From Lytechinus pictus (taxonomy: Eukaryota): a stretch of DNA of 64,000 nt. The notes under the pieces were generated by a model, which searched no databases, was not told where the DNA came from, and saw only the letters and a list, made by a program, of their open reading frames with translations. The position numbers and the translations under genes were made by a program. The DNA lies in the NCBI RefSeq assembly GCF_037042905.1, contig NC_087251.1, positions 19,966,001 through 20,030,000 on the forward strand, read 5' to 3'. Position 1 is the stretch's first letter; every line of letters starts with the position of its first letter. Of this stretch, positions 40,301 through 55,300 are shown one piece after another.

Positions 40301-43300
40301 TCCTTGACAATTTCCATTGAAAAAACAAAAAATAGAAAGTCGAAAAACAAAGAAATACATTAGAAATTTAGAAAACAAAAAAATTTCATTTTCAAAATTT
40401 TTTTAAAGTACATTTGATCAGATTCATATAAAGTGTCTGTGTACCAAAAATTAGCATTTCAGGGGCATTATTTAGTTAATTAGAGCAAACATTTTATTTT
40501 ACGCATAAATTAGAATAATTGATTACCAATGAGATTTTTCGCAGAATTTGATCTTGTAGTTTTGTAGATTATATCATGGGTAATGCGCGTGCCAATTTTC
40601 GTTGCAATCACGCGATCGACGGCCGTGATAAGGGGGGGCTGAATCAGCCCCCCTTCAGTCTTCTTAGGCATCGAAATAGCTCAGTCTATTTAGGGTTAAT
40701 GTGTACGATGAACATGAATTGAGATTTCTTCCTTACATTACAATAGAATCACAGATGTCAAAGGGGTACATAATATGTAAGTCCCATGGGGTGCTGAAGC
40801 ATCCCAAAAAAAATTCTTGAGGGTGCTGCGTGTATTATTCTCCATTGACAGCACCCCCAGATATTCTGGAAAATTTGTGAGAATGAAAAAAATGTAACCC
40901 AAATGACCTTCATTTTGTTGTGAAACCTTTATCTATTTTATTTTTTGCTTATCACATTTCTCGAGACCAATTTAACATCCATTTTGTATTGAAAACCTTT
41001 CTCTTTTTTTGGTTTCAAATTTACGTCAGCACCCCCCAGTAAAACACTCGTTCCCAGGGCCCTGGTAAGTCCTATTATGTGTATCATACACAAGACACTT
41101 TTACACTTTATCATAAAGATTCAAACATAAGAGCTACATTAGGAACAAGGGGGACTTGCATTGTTTTTACTCCTGAAGGACACCTTACCAAAATCTATAC
41201 CACATCTGTACTAAGCAGGAACCCACTATAAATGAACAAGCATCTTCCAAAGTGGCATTCCTGCAATTTCCATTGATTTGTCAATTGAGAAATGTGAAGA
41301 TTACGGTAAAAAAGACATTCGCAATATTCCAGAGGGAAAGACACGACTCTGACTTTTAATATACAGCTCTACCTTACTATCCAATAGTACACTTTTTTCA
41401 AAATATACTGCCATCATGGGAGTTGGACATCAGGAAGACTCTGGACACACCCCTGTAATATGATATTTGCGTGTATCCCCGTTTTCCTCTAATATTCAGT
41501 TTCCTGTTATTACTAAAGTACTTCTTCATGATTTAACAAAGGAATATTGTTGAAGAAAAAAACATGGTTGAAGGCATGTGTTCACAGTCATTCCTATTAA
41601 AGGGGAAGTTCACCCTGATGACCAGTTGGATGTAATAACAGCAAAGAAATAGGTTTTTGGTGAAGCTTTGATGAAAATCCATCAAAGAAGAAGAGAGTTA
41701 AGAATTTTCAAATATTTGAATTTTGTGACGACATATGCAAGCATCTCCACAACATATCATGTAATATAAATATTTTCCCTATAGAAGGGGGTATGAAATA
41801 ATGTATCTGATGATATATCCCCTGCACAAATAAAATCGCTCATTTTTTTTTGGCAATTAACATTTATTGGAATTTCTATGACACCACGTTTAAAGAAGTC
41901 ACTTGTCTGTGACGTCACAAGATCACAACTTTCGACATTTATAACTCTGTCATCCTTTGAAGGATTTTCCTTCAAACCTTCCCCAATATTTTTTCTCTCA
42001 CTGTTCTGCTCTTGTTAAAACCAACTCATTGAAAATTCTATCAAGGTTTTGTAAATTCATTATGTCCAAATTTTGATGTCATCTTAAATGTAGTTTGCTG
42101 TCTTGGTTACTATCTCGTATTAGGGCATGATTTCAGATTTTGTTGGATTGCGCCCACATGTGCTCAGTGGGGTATGTGCCTTTGTGCCGGTCTCCGGATT
42201 GAGATCAAAATACGGTATTTTAGCTTTTGCTACTCTCTGGGGTGGGTGGCTCAATCTGTGCCAGTTACTATTATTGCTCTTGTATTGTACATATGTTTAT
42301 TATCATCATGTCTGATTCTTTTTTCTTTTGTTACCTATTTTTCTTATGCCTATTATTGCCATTGTTATATTTCTTCTGTGTCCCCGGGAGGGGCCATCAA
42401 AGAAATAAAATCATTGTCATTGTCGGGGGTGAACTTCCCCTTTAGTGGTACATCAACTGTACCATTAAAAGGGAAAACTGCAAATTTGCTCTGAATTGAT
42501 AGCAAGTTACCTCGGTGGACTATTTCCTGCTGCCTTCCTTTCTCTGAGTTTTCTTTCAATGATAGCTCTTCTTTCTCTACGGGATTTCCTTCCCTATGAA
42601 AAAAGTGTGTGAGATAGGATGAGCAAAACCTTAATATTGCAGTGAGATATATAAATTTAGAAGATTAACTTGATAAGTAAAGAAAGGTTCAGGTAGGGCA
42701 ACAAACAATGTTAATTGCTGATTTGGAAAGTTGGCAAAATAAACATTGAAAACACAAATAGAAAAAAGATAGAGTTTTGGTGCAGAAATTCAGATCAACT
42801 CACTTTTCCAATGAAAACACAGACCTAATTTAATACAAAATGAAAATAAGGATAACTAAATCGCAATGTTTCAGAATGTGCTAGATGAATTCTCTGTGAA
42901 AAGGATCTATCAAAATAACCTGGCCAAGTTATGGTTAAGAAAGAAAATAAAAAGAATTATATTTAGATTGGATAAAACTTACAGAAAACATAGCTTTCTC
43001 CTCTTCATCTTCCTTTGCTCTCCTCATATCATCAGCTTCTATCTTTTCCTTCTCAAGCATTCTGAAATCAGAAAATTGCCCAAATCAGTGGTAAAGTATT
43101 GATGAGAAAGCAAAGTTTAACAGAGTAACGTATTATACTCAATCTCTATTGCGTATGTACATGTTCACAGCCAATTTTAATATTTGTTTTACAAAACATA
43201 CACTGTCAATGCCTCTAATTCTTTATAATGTGTATTGTGAACATAAGACTCCTGGATATGTTTGCAGTTGGTGTGGCTAACCATAAAATGAAAATAGAAA

Positions 43301-46300
43301 TTTAGTACGAAAACAAAATAGCAATAGTTTAAAGAGTAATAAACAAACCTGTGTGTGTTAATAATTCACATGACTGAAACCAATGCAACTGAATAGATAC
43401 TATTTATTTTGTTTATTTCAAATACAGTGTCAACTCTGGTCATCAGAATTGAGTGACAGTAGTTGACTTTATCCTACTAATCCTCAAATTCATTACAGAT
43501 AAAAACCTGGCAGTGGGTGACTCAAGATGAATTTTGTCAAGTTAGAAGTACCAGCATGGGTAAAATGGGAAGAAATATAATGGTAGTACTTACTTTATGA
43601 ATGCCTCTGGAGCCATTCCATACTTTTCTCCATACACATTGAGATGAACCTTACTTTCCTTTGTCAGATCATCTACATCAATCACAACATCTGAAGGAAA
43701 ACATAATGAGAATTAGTCAGGAATAAAGCAATACTTTGACAGGTATGATATTTAAATACAACAGCCTCAATCCACAAATGTGGTTCTTGAATTTTCATTC
43801 TCTCTATCACAAACATATTTAAAATCATATCAATTGATTGAATAAATTATGATTAAATATCACTGATGGGGATCAAATACAACAATTTGTCCAACATACG
43901 TACATGTACGAATACTTACATCTCAATCTTCATGTATACTACAAAAGATGTAGCAAATGAAGATGAAAATATAGACTTTTCCAGTGTACTCAACCAGGAG
44001 AACACAGGCTACCTTCTGGCATACTGGACTTTAATTAACTATCAAGCACACTTGATCCACTTTGAAAATCTTGCCATACTTTGCATTTTCAGCAGTTCAA
44101 AGATAACATAATAAATATAAGGTCAAAATAATCACAAAGTGTCAATTCTCAAAATACAGCCTTCACTTTTTGTCAAAATCATTGACAATATCACAATCTT
44201 TTACATACTAATAACAATATTCTCCACTTGTATATTTCATATCACTTAATCATCTAATATCTCCATGCGCTTCCAAAAGAGTTTGGATATATACTTATAC
44301 TTTTCTTCACACTTGTTATTTGTAATGTATTAATGTATCGTGGTGACCCCTTTTATAAGCATCGCTTCTCTGGGGTCTCGGAACCATCTATTTGTTTAGT
44401 TTCATTTTTCTGATACTTTGTTAATATTTTGTATTGTACTGTTTTTATCCTTTTGATAGATGAATAAATAAATGAATCAAATTGAATATTATTATTAACC
44501 TGGCTCTAGCCATCAAGATTACATACACATAAGTATATATCAGAACATAAATGCAGGTTAAATCATCATATGTATGGGCCAATGTAAACCTGTCCTGAAT
44601 TCAATGCAAGAGTTCCAGACTCCTTACCTAGATCAATCTCTGAGAAGCTGACATCAGAGTCACTGTCACTGTCAATTACTTCCTGCTCTTGCTCTTCTGA
44701 AGCATCTTTGCCTTCCAGAGACAGATTGGAGTTTTCACCTTCATCGTAAGTAAAACCTATAGCAGCTTTCATTGCAGATAACCTTTATCAGAAATAACAG
44801 ATTAGAAAAATTATGATGATAAGGACGACAATGAAGACAAAGAAGATGACAATGGCATTATGTTGATGATGATAATGATGATGAATTGATGATGATGGTG
44901 ATGATAGTGGTGGTGATGATGGTGATTACAACTGTACAACCTTGTTTATCTACAGGAATCCTAATCATGTCAGCATCAACACTGTTTCTCTGAGGATCTT
45001 GCAATTTTTTTTACAATTATTTGGGTCATTCTCACAAAGTTGTAATAATTTCAACCATGTAACACATCCCTTAAGCTCAACACACAAGCAAGATGATGAT
45101 ACAAATAACAAACAGTACATTACATCAATTCTGATTGGCCAGCAACTTGCTGAACTGAATATTAATGTAGATTAGAAACAAGTTCATTAGGTATGTAAAT
45201 ATTATGAATGAATAACAAACTCATTTGCATATTCAAGCCACAAAACCAATGGCCTGCATTAGCAAAATATTGTATCTCAAATTATGGGAGATCTTTTTTT
45301 TTTTTTTCGTTTTTGTTTAATGACTACAAAATATATCAAGAGATGTTATTTGCAATCTAATCTCCCGTTCTAAAAAAGGATTATTGCCAAAAAATAATAA
45401 GATAAAAATAATAATAATTTTTTTTAAATGAAGACTTCCCATCAGATGTAGTGTCATGGCTACCAAAATGCCCCTTCCCCTTTCCTGGGACAATTTCATA
45501 AAAAGTTGATATGATAGCAACTCTTGCTGGAATGTCAATTACCATGACAACAGGGGAAATTATGCTACTTGATTGGCTCTTCCAATAAAAGTTGACATTC
45601 CAGTAAGAGTTGCTATCACAGCCACTTATTATGAAATGGGGCCGTGAACCTTTAGTGTACACGATTTTTTTTTTAAAGGTCCAGTTGTTCCATCAAGAAC
45701 ATGAAATAAGACATACAGATCAAATGTAAACAAGATATGCCATGAACAGTACAATGAATACACTCTGAAAGTCATGAAATGCCATGAAGGTCTCCTTTTT
45801 AAGCTGAGATAGAATACATGTACTGTATAAGCTGAGCATAGCTGAGCATGTGAGTCTAAGCTCATTCTTTAAAAGATCATGCCACCTACAGCAGTTGAGA
45901 AAACAAAATAAATCTTGGCCACACTGTCTACATTCATCTTACTTTTCTTTCTCTTCCCCTGGTCTTTTCTGGATATCTGGAAACATCTCCTCTACATAAA
46001 TTTGATGAAGACACTGCTCCTCAGAGACTGCAGAACAGAGAATAAAATTGACCAGAATAAATTAAAATGGTGCGAGAGCATTCAGATCCCAACGGTTCCT
46101 GTGGATTTTCAAAGAATTGTTTGTACAAGCTTCTGTGATGCTGTATTGAAATGTGTTTAGATAACATTTCTTGCATCTATCCCCCCCACCGGGAACTGCA
46201 TATGCCACTGGAAACAATAATAAGCATATTGTCTTGCAGAACTTGAAATACTACCACTCGAAGACCTGGCTATCCATAGTTAAACCACAACTTTAAGCCA

Positions 46301-49300
46301 GAGTTTCAATTAAATCAATACGGGCCCTAAAGTTTGAATGAATTAACTGTCCCTGTTTAAATGGTAAGAAGTTATTAATCAATGCTGGCACGGTGGAAAC
46401 TCGTATAAATATCACCGAAAGGAGACTGTGGTGTTATGGACAGGCTCCTGTTTTACATGTTCTGATTGGGAAAACAACTCAAGGCAAACAAAATTTGCAG
46501 TCTTCCTATAATTGGGTGGTCACTAAACCAGGTTTGATTGTAATAAATCAAGAGACATACTTCCAGCATGGTCATTGTGAACGAGAGTGCGATACCGCTC
46601 ATAGTTGCATTTCTGGTCTTCTCTTATCTCATCCAGTGTTGGAATAGCCGCTGGACGCTGGGGGATATAATCCAAGTGAGCTCGGACATCAAAGCGATCA
46701 ATCATGTGACTGGAATCACCCTGCCATGGCATCCTGTTTGTAAAGAACATGAAAGGTCAACGGTCATTCAGAATTCACTCCTGTGGAATCAGGACAGGAA
46801 GTGCTTCTGCTACTTAGGTTTTCTGACATTTTAATGCACTTAATTACCATTAGTACACAATTTCATATTTTGAATTATAATGGAGACTGAATACTTATTT
46901 TCAATAATTATTTTCAGATATAAATTTTTTAAATAATGTTTAAATCAATGGAAAATGTGACTACTCTAAAATAACTTATGCAGTGTAACAGTTTAAGCTG
47001 GAAATTATTGATAGAAAGTGCTATCTACATGTATAAAGCAAACTTTCATTAAGCAGTAAGGGGATTTCTTTTAATCAATATCAAATTATATTATTTGGCA
47101 AAATATAACTTATTTATATTTTTTACATAAAAATCATTCAATGAAATTTTCTTTGGCAACTACACCATGTATCAATGACTCAATTTCGCAGGCCATAATT
47201 TGACCAAAGTAAAATCTGAAGGAATTTATAAATGCTTGACATCATTGTATGAGTATACATACATAGTAAGTGGTCCTTCAGCAGCGGCTGCTACAGCTGG
47301 ATCCAGGTGAATCTTGGAAGATCTGGCATGGATTCGCAAAAACTGAGTTGGGTCTTGTTTCTAAAATAAAGAAAATAGAACAAATAAAAAAGGTATATAT
47401 CTAAAATCATTTCTTAAATGAATTCTTAATATAATTTTCTAATCTGTTATTGTATATTAAAAGGAATTATGTTTGCTTGTTGTTTTGTTTCAGAGATAAA
47501 TGCCTCTTGTGGCAAGAATTTCAAAGTGAATTCTTACAGACAGATGGCTAGCCATCTCGCAGACAGTATGAGGTACCTAATCCCCATAGGCTCTGTGTAT
47601 TATTCCCCCAAACAAGAGATTAAAACAAGTGGAGTGCCTCTGGCAGTCTCGCCTGCACTACGTGATTCAATATAGCAGCAGTGCTGAATTTAAAAATGAC
47701 TATGAAATAGTTATTCACAAAAAAACGCCATTCATATAATATGCTACTACGTTCCTGGACCCTAAATGACATTTGACCTTGATCAAGTGACCTACGACAA
47801 TCAAAGTTAAAACAATCAAAGTTCAGATGGTAATTGAACAAATACCCCCAACATGGTCAAAGTTCATTGACCCCAAATGACCTTTGACCTTGGTCATGGG
47901 ATCTGAAATTTGCATAGGATGTTCAGTCATACTTGATTTAACTTCATGTACCTTCTTTGTGACCAAGCCAATCATTATGAAGGACATTTGTGATAAACTG
48001 AGATTGATTGTGGCCAGTAATTATTCATACTTTGTTAAGATTTTGGAGTGATTTCTGTTGGTGTTCTGTGCATTTTGAGGAAAAATTCATTTTTTGTGAT
48101 TTTCTGTTTGAAAAGCCACTTTCTGTTTCAAAAGGCTGTTTCCTTGAATTCTGTCCGTTTTAAGTGATCCCGGAAAGTCACTGTCCCTACATAATAGTGG
48201 GTATTATAGACGAGAGAAAGGTTATCGATAATCGCTAAGTGACAAAAACATGTGTTTATCGACAAGACTAGCGATAAAGAGGTTATTCATAACAGCACTA
48301 CATATGAATAACTTTGGTATACAGGGGGCAGATGAAGTACAATGCTGATAAGTGTGGTGTTATGCATATAGGGTTCTACAACCCACATCACACAAGGGCA
48401 ATTCCACAGGTTGGTGGACATGAGCTTAAAAATTCAAATTCAATATTTTCTTGAATTTTTTAATACTTTAAGTCCTTCATACATGATAGTTTCAGGAACA
48501 AAAAATAAAAAGTTTATTTTCATATCTATACTTTGGAAAAAAATGGTCAAAAGTTGTGTCTTCCATTCTGTACCAAAATACAAGAAAAATAGTGAAAAAT
48601 GAAATATACCACTTTATATATTTCTGAAGTTTAGAAGAGTCAAATTACCTAAAATACACAACAGCTTTTCAAGTAAATTTGTAGTACTCATTCAAAAATG
48701 AATATTGCAACCTGGTCAGGTGATGTAACGTGAGTAACCGAAAAAAACTGACTTTGTTTTCTGAGAGAAAAATTCTTCACAGTTAATTGGTGGGATTTTA
48801 AATTCTCTTCCTTCAAACAATCTTTGACACAGTGATGACTATCAAAATCATTAAAAAGTACAATTTTTTATAAAAATGATGAAGAAAAACTGTAACGTGA
48901 GTAACTTTGTAACGTGAGTAACCATCATGTAATGTGAGTAACCAGTAAAAATGATGCAGTTAGGTAACATTTTCTGTGGGATGTCAAGTTTTAAGTCTCA
49001 TGGTGAGTTGTGAAGTTATTTTTGATTAATTAAAAGCAAAATGAGGGTACACCTCTTTGATGTGACTCTTTGTTCATCAAAATATCAGTGGTCATACAAT
49101 CACACAAAAATTGAATATTAGTAGAAGTATTCACAATGCGAGAGTGCATTAGTAAGACTTGGTTTCGATTAACCAAACTTTAAAGAGTGTTCGTACAACA
49201 CATTGAATGTCCTTACCTGTAACCCTATCTAGGCTGGGGTATTTTGGGAGTTAATATGGCCCGGGGGGGGGGGGGGGGGTGGGGCCTCCCAGGCCCCCCT

Positions 49301-52300
49301 TGAGATCTCGGCCATTGGCTGCACGATCACGCCGAAAATTTGCACGCAGGTTGTCTTGGACATAATCTACAATACTATACAGTAATTTATTTCATTCAAA
49401 TTGGTATTAAGCAATTATGCTAATTTATGCATAATAAGTAAGCAGAATCATACTTTTCCCTCTTACTTCCTAATAAAGCTCCAATTGTTCCAATTTTTTG
49501 TATAAAATCTCTCTTTTTGATGTTCCTAGCAATGAATTTTACACACATTGAATTTTTAATGACATTTGTGTTGTTAACTATACATGGACAAAATGTAACG
49601 TGAGTAACCGTAACGTGAGTAACCATATTATCTGCACCCCAAGTAAAAACCATGTGTTCTTTATTTTTTTAATTATGTACAAAGTTTGTCTCCCTAATAT
49701 ACTTCTTTGAAATGGATATAATCAACTTTCATAAAAGCCTTGTATGAGGAGACTTTTCACTTATGTCGACTTTTCATTTTATGCATGTCCAAATCATGTA
49801 ACGTGAGTAACCGACACATTCCAAAGATTTGCCAGGAGCATAATAAAATTTCCCAAGTTTTGTTTTTATACAAAGGATAGTCAGACTGTGTACTTTGTTG
49901 TGATAAGGAGATGTTTAGTTCCTATCAATAATAATGGAGTTACAGCTCCAAGTATGAGTCAAGGTGTCTCCAAATGTAACGTGAGTAACCGTGGAATAGC
50001 CCACAAATTGTATGGGGAAATGAGTCTTCGAGAAACCACTGAAGAAAAGGTTCTTGGTGTATGGATACATAATTCTCTCAAGGTCTCAACCCGATGTGCC
50101 GCGGCTGCCAAGAAAGCTAATAGTTTTGGGAATGATAAAAAGGAACTTCACAGTAGAGATGTGATTCTAAAACTACAAATCCCTTGTCAAGCTACATTTG
50201 GACTACTGTACGCAAGCTTGGTGTCCATATCTATCTAAAGATATTCAAGTTCTTGAAAAGGTGCAGGCTAGGGCTACATGTACCAAACTCATACCCAACT
50301 GAAGAGATCTACCCTATGAATCAAGATTGAAAAGAGTAAACCTCACAACATTGGAACATAGGCGGAAGAGGGGTGATCTTATATTGAAGCCTATAATGTC
50401 ACAGATCAATAACATCAATCCAGACTTCATGTTCAAGAAAGCAACGCATCAGAGTACCAGAGGTCATTCTCAAAAGCTCAAAAAAACTCATTCCAGACTG
50501 GAAATCAGGAAACATTTCTTTAGCAAGAGTTATTGATAGCTGGAATAAACTCCCTGAAGAAGCCATCAAATCGTCCACACTCCTTTAAACAGAGACTATC
50601 AAACTTGGGTTATTAACCCTTTCCATGCGTACTTCGCACGTATGCACACTTGGTGCCGTGCGAACTTCGCATTTCACGCTCAAGCAAACAATGCATTGTT
50701 TCCCTCCCTGAAAAGAATTCAGCACAGAGGGGTTCGTGGCCCAGCGCACAAAGAGTTAATGGGCTACAAAGCCCCCAAACCCTGCCACTCCAATATCTAT
50801 CTTCATGAACATGGAAGTCTGGAGCTTCAAGGTATGTATGAAATTGGTGTCATATGAAAGCTGAATATAAGCTGTATTAGGGGTGATAGTATAAGCTTTA
50901 TGCATATCAACTTGAGTAATTTTGCTCAATAAAATAAATGAAACAAGGGTTATTGAGGGGTGTTGGAAGCGGTACACATTACAAGCAACTCTATGGGATT
51001 AATTGCCAGTATCAAACATGCATAACTTTGGTTTCCAGGGGGCTGGACCTTTGACTTTGGTCTAATTTTACAGCTAAATATTAGAGGTATGATAATACAC
51101 CTCTATAGTACACAAAATACAATTTATTAATTTATTATGATTTATTAGAAATTTAAGGTAAAAACTGTTTAAGAATGTTGGTTTTCGATATTTGAAATTA
51201 GCATAAATTTGCATATCAAAATTACCTTAATGAAATTATTGAATCCCCTTTAGTTATATTTTGAAAGGGAATTTCTTTAGCAATACTAATTAATGATATG
51301 GACAAAGAGAATACAAATATGGATGTCTAAAATAAAGTACACTGGGGTCCTTAAGATTTGAACATTTACATAATCTATAAAATGTGAGCAGTTCAACCTA
51401 ACTCATTTCTTAATGCTATTTTATGGAATCCTCATGAAATTTCCTTTCAGAAAAATATAGTTTTGTATGGATAGGCTGAATATTTTCAAAGTTATGACCA
51501 TATTTATACTGATAGGTTCACTATCATTAGATAAAAAAGTGTATAGAAGACTGGAGAATGTTATGATATATCAATATCTATTTTTCTTGTATCTTGTCTA
51601 ACTGGTTTCTTCTGCAGAGGGTCAGCCCATCTTTTTTCCTTTTGTATTCTTTTCTTGTGTTTCTTTTACCTTTGTCATGTTTTATTCTTCTTCCATCATA
51701 TATCACTTAATTATATTGTTGTTAGTTTATTAGACTTGATAATTGTACATTCAAGCAATGTATTCTATTATTTTGTGTGTGTTTTTTGTCATTGATTAGT
51801 TTCAGTTTTTTTTTTCTTTTTAGTTGTTTTGTTTTTTTAGTTTTAAAGATATTACATGTATGCACTGAATACTATTTAGTCAAGTACTTGAAACAAAGGA
51901 GACTCTAGCCTTACAAGCCCTGCTTTTTCAGGGGTTCTCCTGGTCTTTCGTTCAATATATTATTCGCTATTTGCTGTGTTTCTTTTTTCTACTGTAACAA
52001 TGGTTTATGATTAATTGATTTGCATTTGTAGAATGTTAAATCACACTTGTAAGACAAAATGTATGTGCAGAAAGAAAGACAAATAAATATCTCATCTTAT
52101 CTTATTAGGGCGACGTAACACAAATCAAATGGTGCAAGTTCAAGATGCATGACCATATATTCAGCTTTAAAATGATACAAATTTCATGGCAATATCTCTT
52201 CGTTCAACTGAGATATTGTATCGTAAACCAAATGAAAATTGAAAAAAACGTAACAAAACCACCTTTTTGTGGGGCGAGTTCAAGACGCATCGCCACACTG

Positions 52301-55300
52301 AAAAAGGTCAGCATAAAGCAAGCTGATTTAGGGGGGAAAAAGCACAATTTTGGGGGCAGATTCAGCCTGCAAAAAAAATGTGATCTGATTTGATTTTCAA
52401 CTCATATTTAGAACGTATGGAAAGAGAAAATGCAGAAGCTACTTCTGATGCTCAGGACAAGTTTATAGGATCATTAGAAATGAGGATTAAGAGGGAAATT
52501 GCAGACCCTTATTTTTGTGTGCGTTGAGATTGCCATTTCTTATAGAAGCTTAAAAGTGCCACCCAGATGTTCATATAATCATCTCGTCATGTCTACATCT
52601 CTTAGGGAAAAGGATAAGATGACGAGATCCAAGATCTCGTCACGTCTACATCCAGACCTGCCAACCTCTGGGAATGAAAAACTGTATTCTGTGATAAAAA
52701 AAACTGTATTTTTTCCCCAAAAAAGTGTATTTCATAAAAAAATGCTTGGCGCACTCGCTCATCGCGGCGCTCAAGCTGCATGCAAGCTAAAATGCGCACT
52801 GCTCTTGCAGATGAAAAAAAAAACATTAAAACATGTGTATATCTTCACCCTGGTTTGAACAAAATGATTGAAAAAAAAAAGTTACCTGAAATTACATTGA
52901 TCTAATAACCATATTTGTGCACGTTTTATGAAATAGAGACATATAGAGATTATTTTCTAAATAAATTACGATTTAGTTTAAAAAAAACAAAAAACGTACT
53001 GCCGTATTTTGGTTGCAAAAACGTCATGTCTACATCTTTTAGAAGAGATGATCAGATGGCAAGATCTTGGATCTCGTCATGTCTAGATCTACATCTATTA
53101 GAATAGAAGATCAGATGACAAGATCTTGGATCTCGTCATGTCTGCATCTTTTAGAAGAGACGAGCTGATGGCAAGATCTTGGATCCAAGAATTTTTGATA
53201 TCCTGAGGATAACTGAACATTCTAAGCACTTTTTGTAATCATGAACTGGATGGCTATCTACATGTATAAACAATTGATGCGAGCACGTAGCGCGAGCTGC
53301 AAATTTTTTATTTACACAGGATTTGTATCTCGCTAAAACAAATAATGAAAACTTTAATCGCCAGAAGCATAGGCCTATTGACTTGCACATTGGATTTTTT
53401 AGCCCCATGTGAACAGATAGTTTACTCTTATCTCAGTCAACAGTTACTGCGAGCGCGAGCGACACTTTTAATTTTATATAATGACCTCAAAGATTTATGT
53501 TAGTGACAAAAATTGTAAGGAGTTAACAGTGAATGGATGACAAAATTTTCAAAATTTGAAGAACGAAAAAGCTATTTTGGAGCACTTTGCAGCTTTAGCA
53601 GGATGCTTATGACATTTACTATACATTTTCCTTATTTTTCAAAATTTCAGGGGTGCGGGCAGCTCACTGGGGGCAAATGCTCCCTGTGCCTCCCCCTTGG
53701 TGCAGCCACTGGTCTAGGGCGGAGCCCCCACAACCTTGTGATATCTTTAAACATTGCAGATGGCCACTGTTTTATCAAATCGCGGGTACATACACAACAC
53801 ATATTAGCCTACTGTAACTTCAGTAACTGGGGATAATATACAAAATATTTTGAGGTAGCACAACATAGCAAATGTAAAAAAATATGTAAAAGTCGCCAGC
53901 AAGCGAAGCAAGCCTGAAAAATTTGGCCTTGTAAAATGATTTTGAAATTAAATTCTACTTTACATGTGATAGTAACTTCGGAAATTTAGCCATTTGAAGT
54001 AAACATTAAGAGGCTTTTTACAGTAAATCTAGCCAGCGTAAATCTTTACATCGGTTATGACATACTAGTAATAGGGTCGATATGGGGATATAACTAGCCT
54101 TTGGCTAGGATTTTTTTGTCCTGATTGCGACCATTATTGCATAAAATTTAGCAAGCTTAATAGATGCCATCTACCTTTCTTCCCGTTCTTTATATTTTTC
54201 AATCCTCAGCAGCCCAGTCGTATTATTAAGTTTTTCTCTTTTCTTCTTGTCCTTTTCTTCCGATATTCTGATTTTCCAATAGAGATAAGTGCCCAAATAT
54301 TGGACACTTAAGCATAATTGGACCAAAACAAAAATACAATCATTGAATCAAGTAAAAATCATGTTTATTTCTGTAGTACAAATGTTGAATATTAATGTCA
54401 TAAAAACAGAATTGAAAAAATTATGGTAAATGGAAATTATTTACTTACTAGCAGAAGCTTGTTTTTTGCCAAAAATTGGATGCAGTTTTCAAATATGGGA
54501 CGCGTAGAGTTGTGTGCCACGATCAATTTCGGCGATTTAAATCGCGCTCTAGACCCCAAAATTTTTACTTAATTGTTGATCAAATATTTTATTTTAGCTG
54601 CGTAAATGCCGATTTTAATCATTACTATCAATAATTTTGGTATAAAAATATTGATAATTTACTTACCAAACGGACCTCTTTCGACTCCGAACATCGGACG
54701 ACTTCGCTTATTTGCTCGCGACTTCGTTCTGAAAACGAGCGTGCGCGCGCGTCAACAGCATGCATTTCCAATTCAATCAGCCGATATGTCCGATGTTTGG
54801 GATCGTGCCATATTTGGAAGCGTGTTGAATTTCCCGCCGTAAGGAACCCCCGCGGAGGCCATTGCAGATTTTTTTTTGCGATAGATCGAACAAGTGCAAT
54901 CTCGGCAGCGATATTTCCGGCGGAAATCTCTTCCCCTTACAAGATTTTTTTTGGTCATCGATCTTTTGGAGTCCATAATTAGCGAGGGTCATATGAATCT
55001 CTGGAAGTCAAAATCATGGATTTTACCCCTGGATTTACCCCCTGAAAGATTTTTTTTAGCAGCAACTTGGATCTACTGTGTATGCAGTTCAATAGCAGGT
55101 ACATGTATGTTCATGTATCTTATGCATGCAAGGCCCCTGACAGTGCGGGTCCCTGTAGTTATGGGGAGGGAGTTGAAGTCATTTTCGTCTGATATTTGGA
55201 ACCGTCTGATGTTTTGGATCTTTACTCTATAGGCCTACCTTTTGGCTCTACCTTCACTTCCTGTTTCTTTTTGCCTCTTTCTCAAATTTTCCCGCCATTG

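Noticed and set aside
47765..47897. TGACCTTTGACC DR1-like cluster in CLASRP intron 1
   Set aside because: Lies in an internally repetitive segment that looks like a dispersed repeat, so it was not called as an enhancer.
48725..49990. Repeated 14-mer as a CRISPR-like array
   Set aside because: Eukaryotic context, very irregular spacing and no cas genes; explained as transposon-internal motifs.
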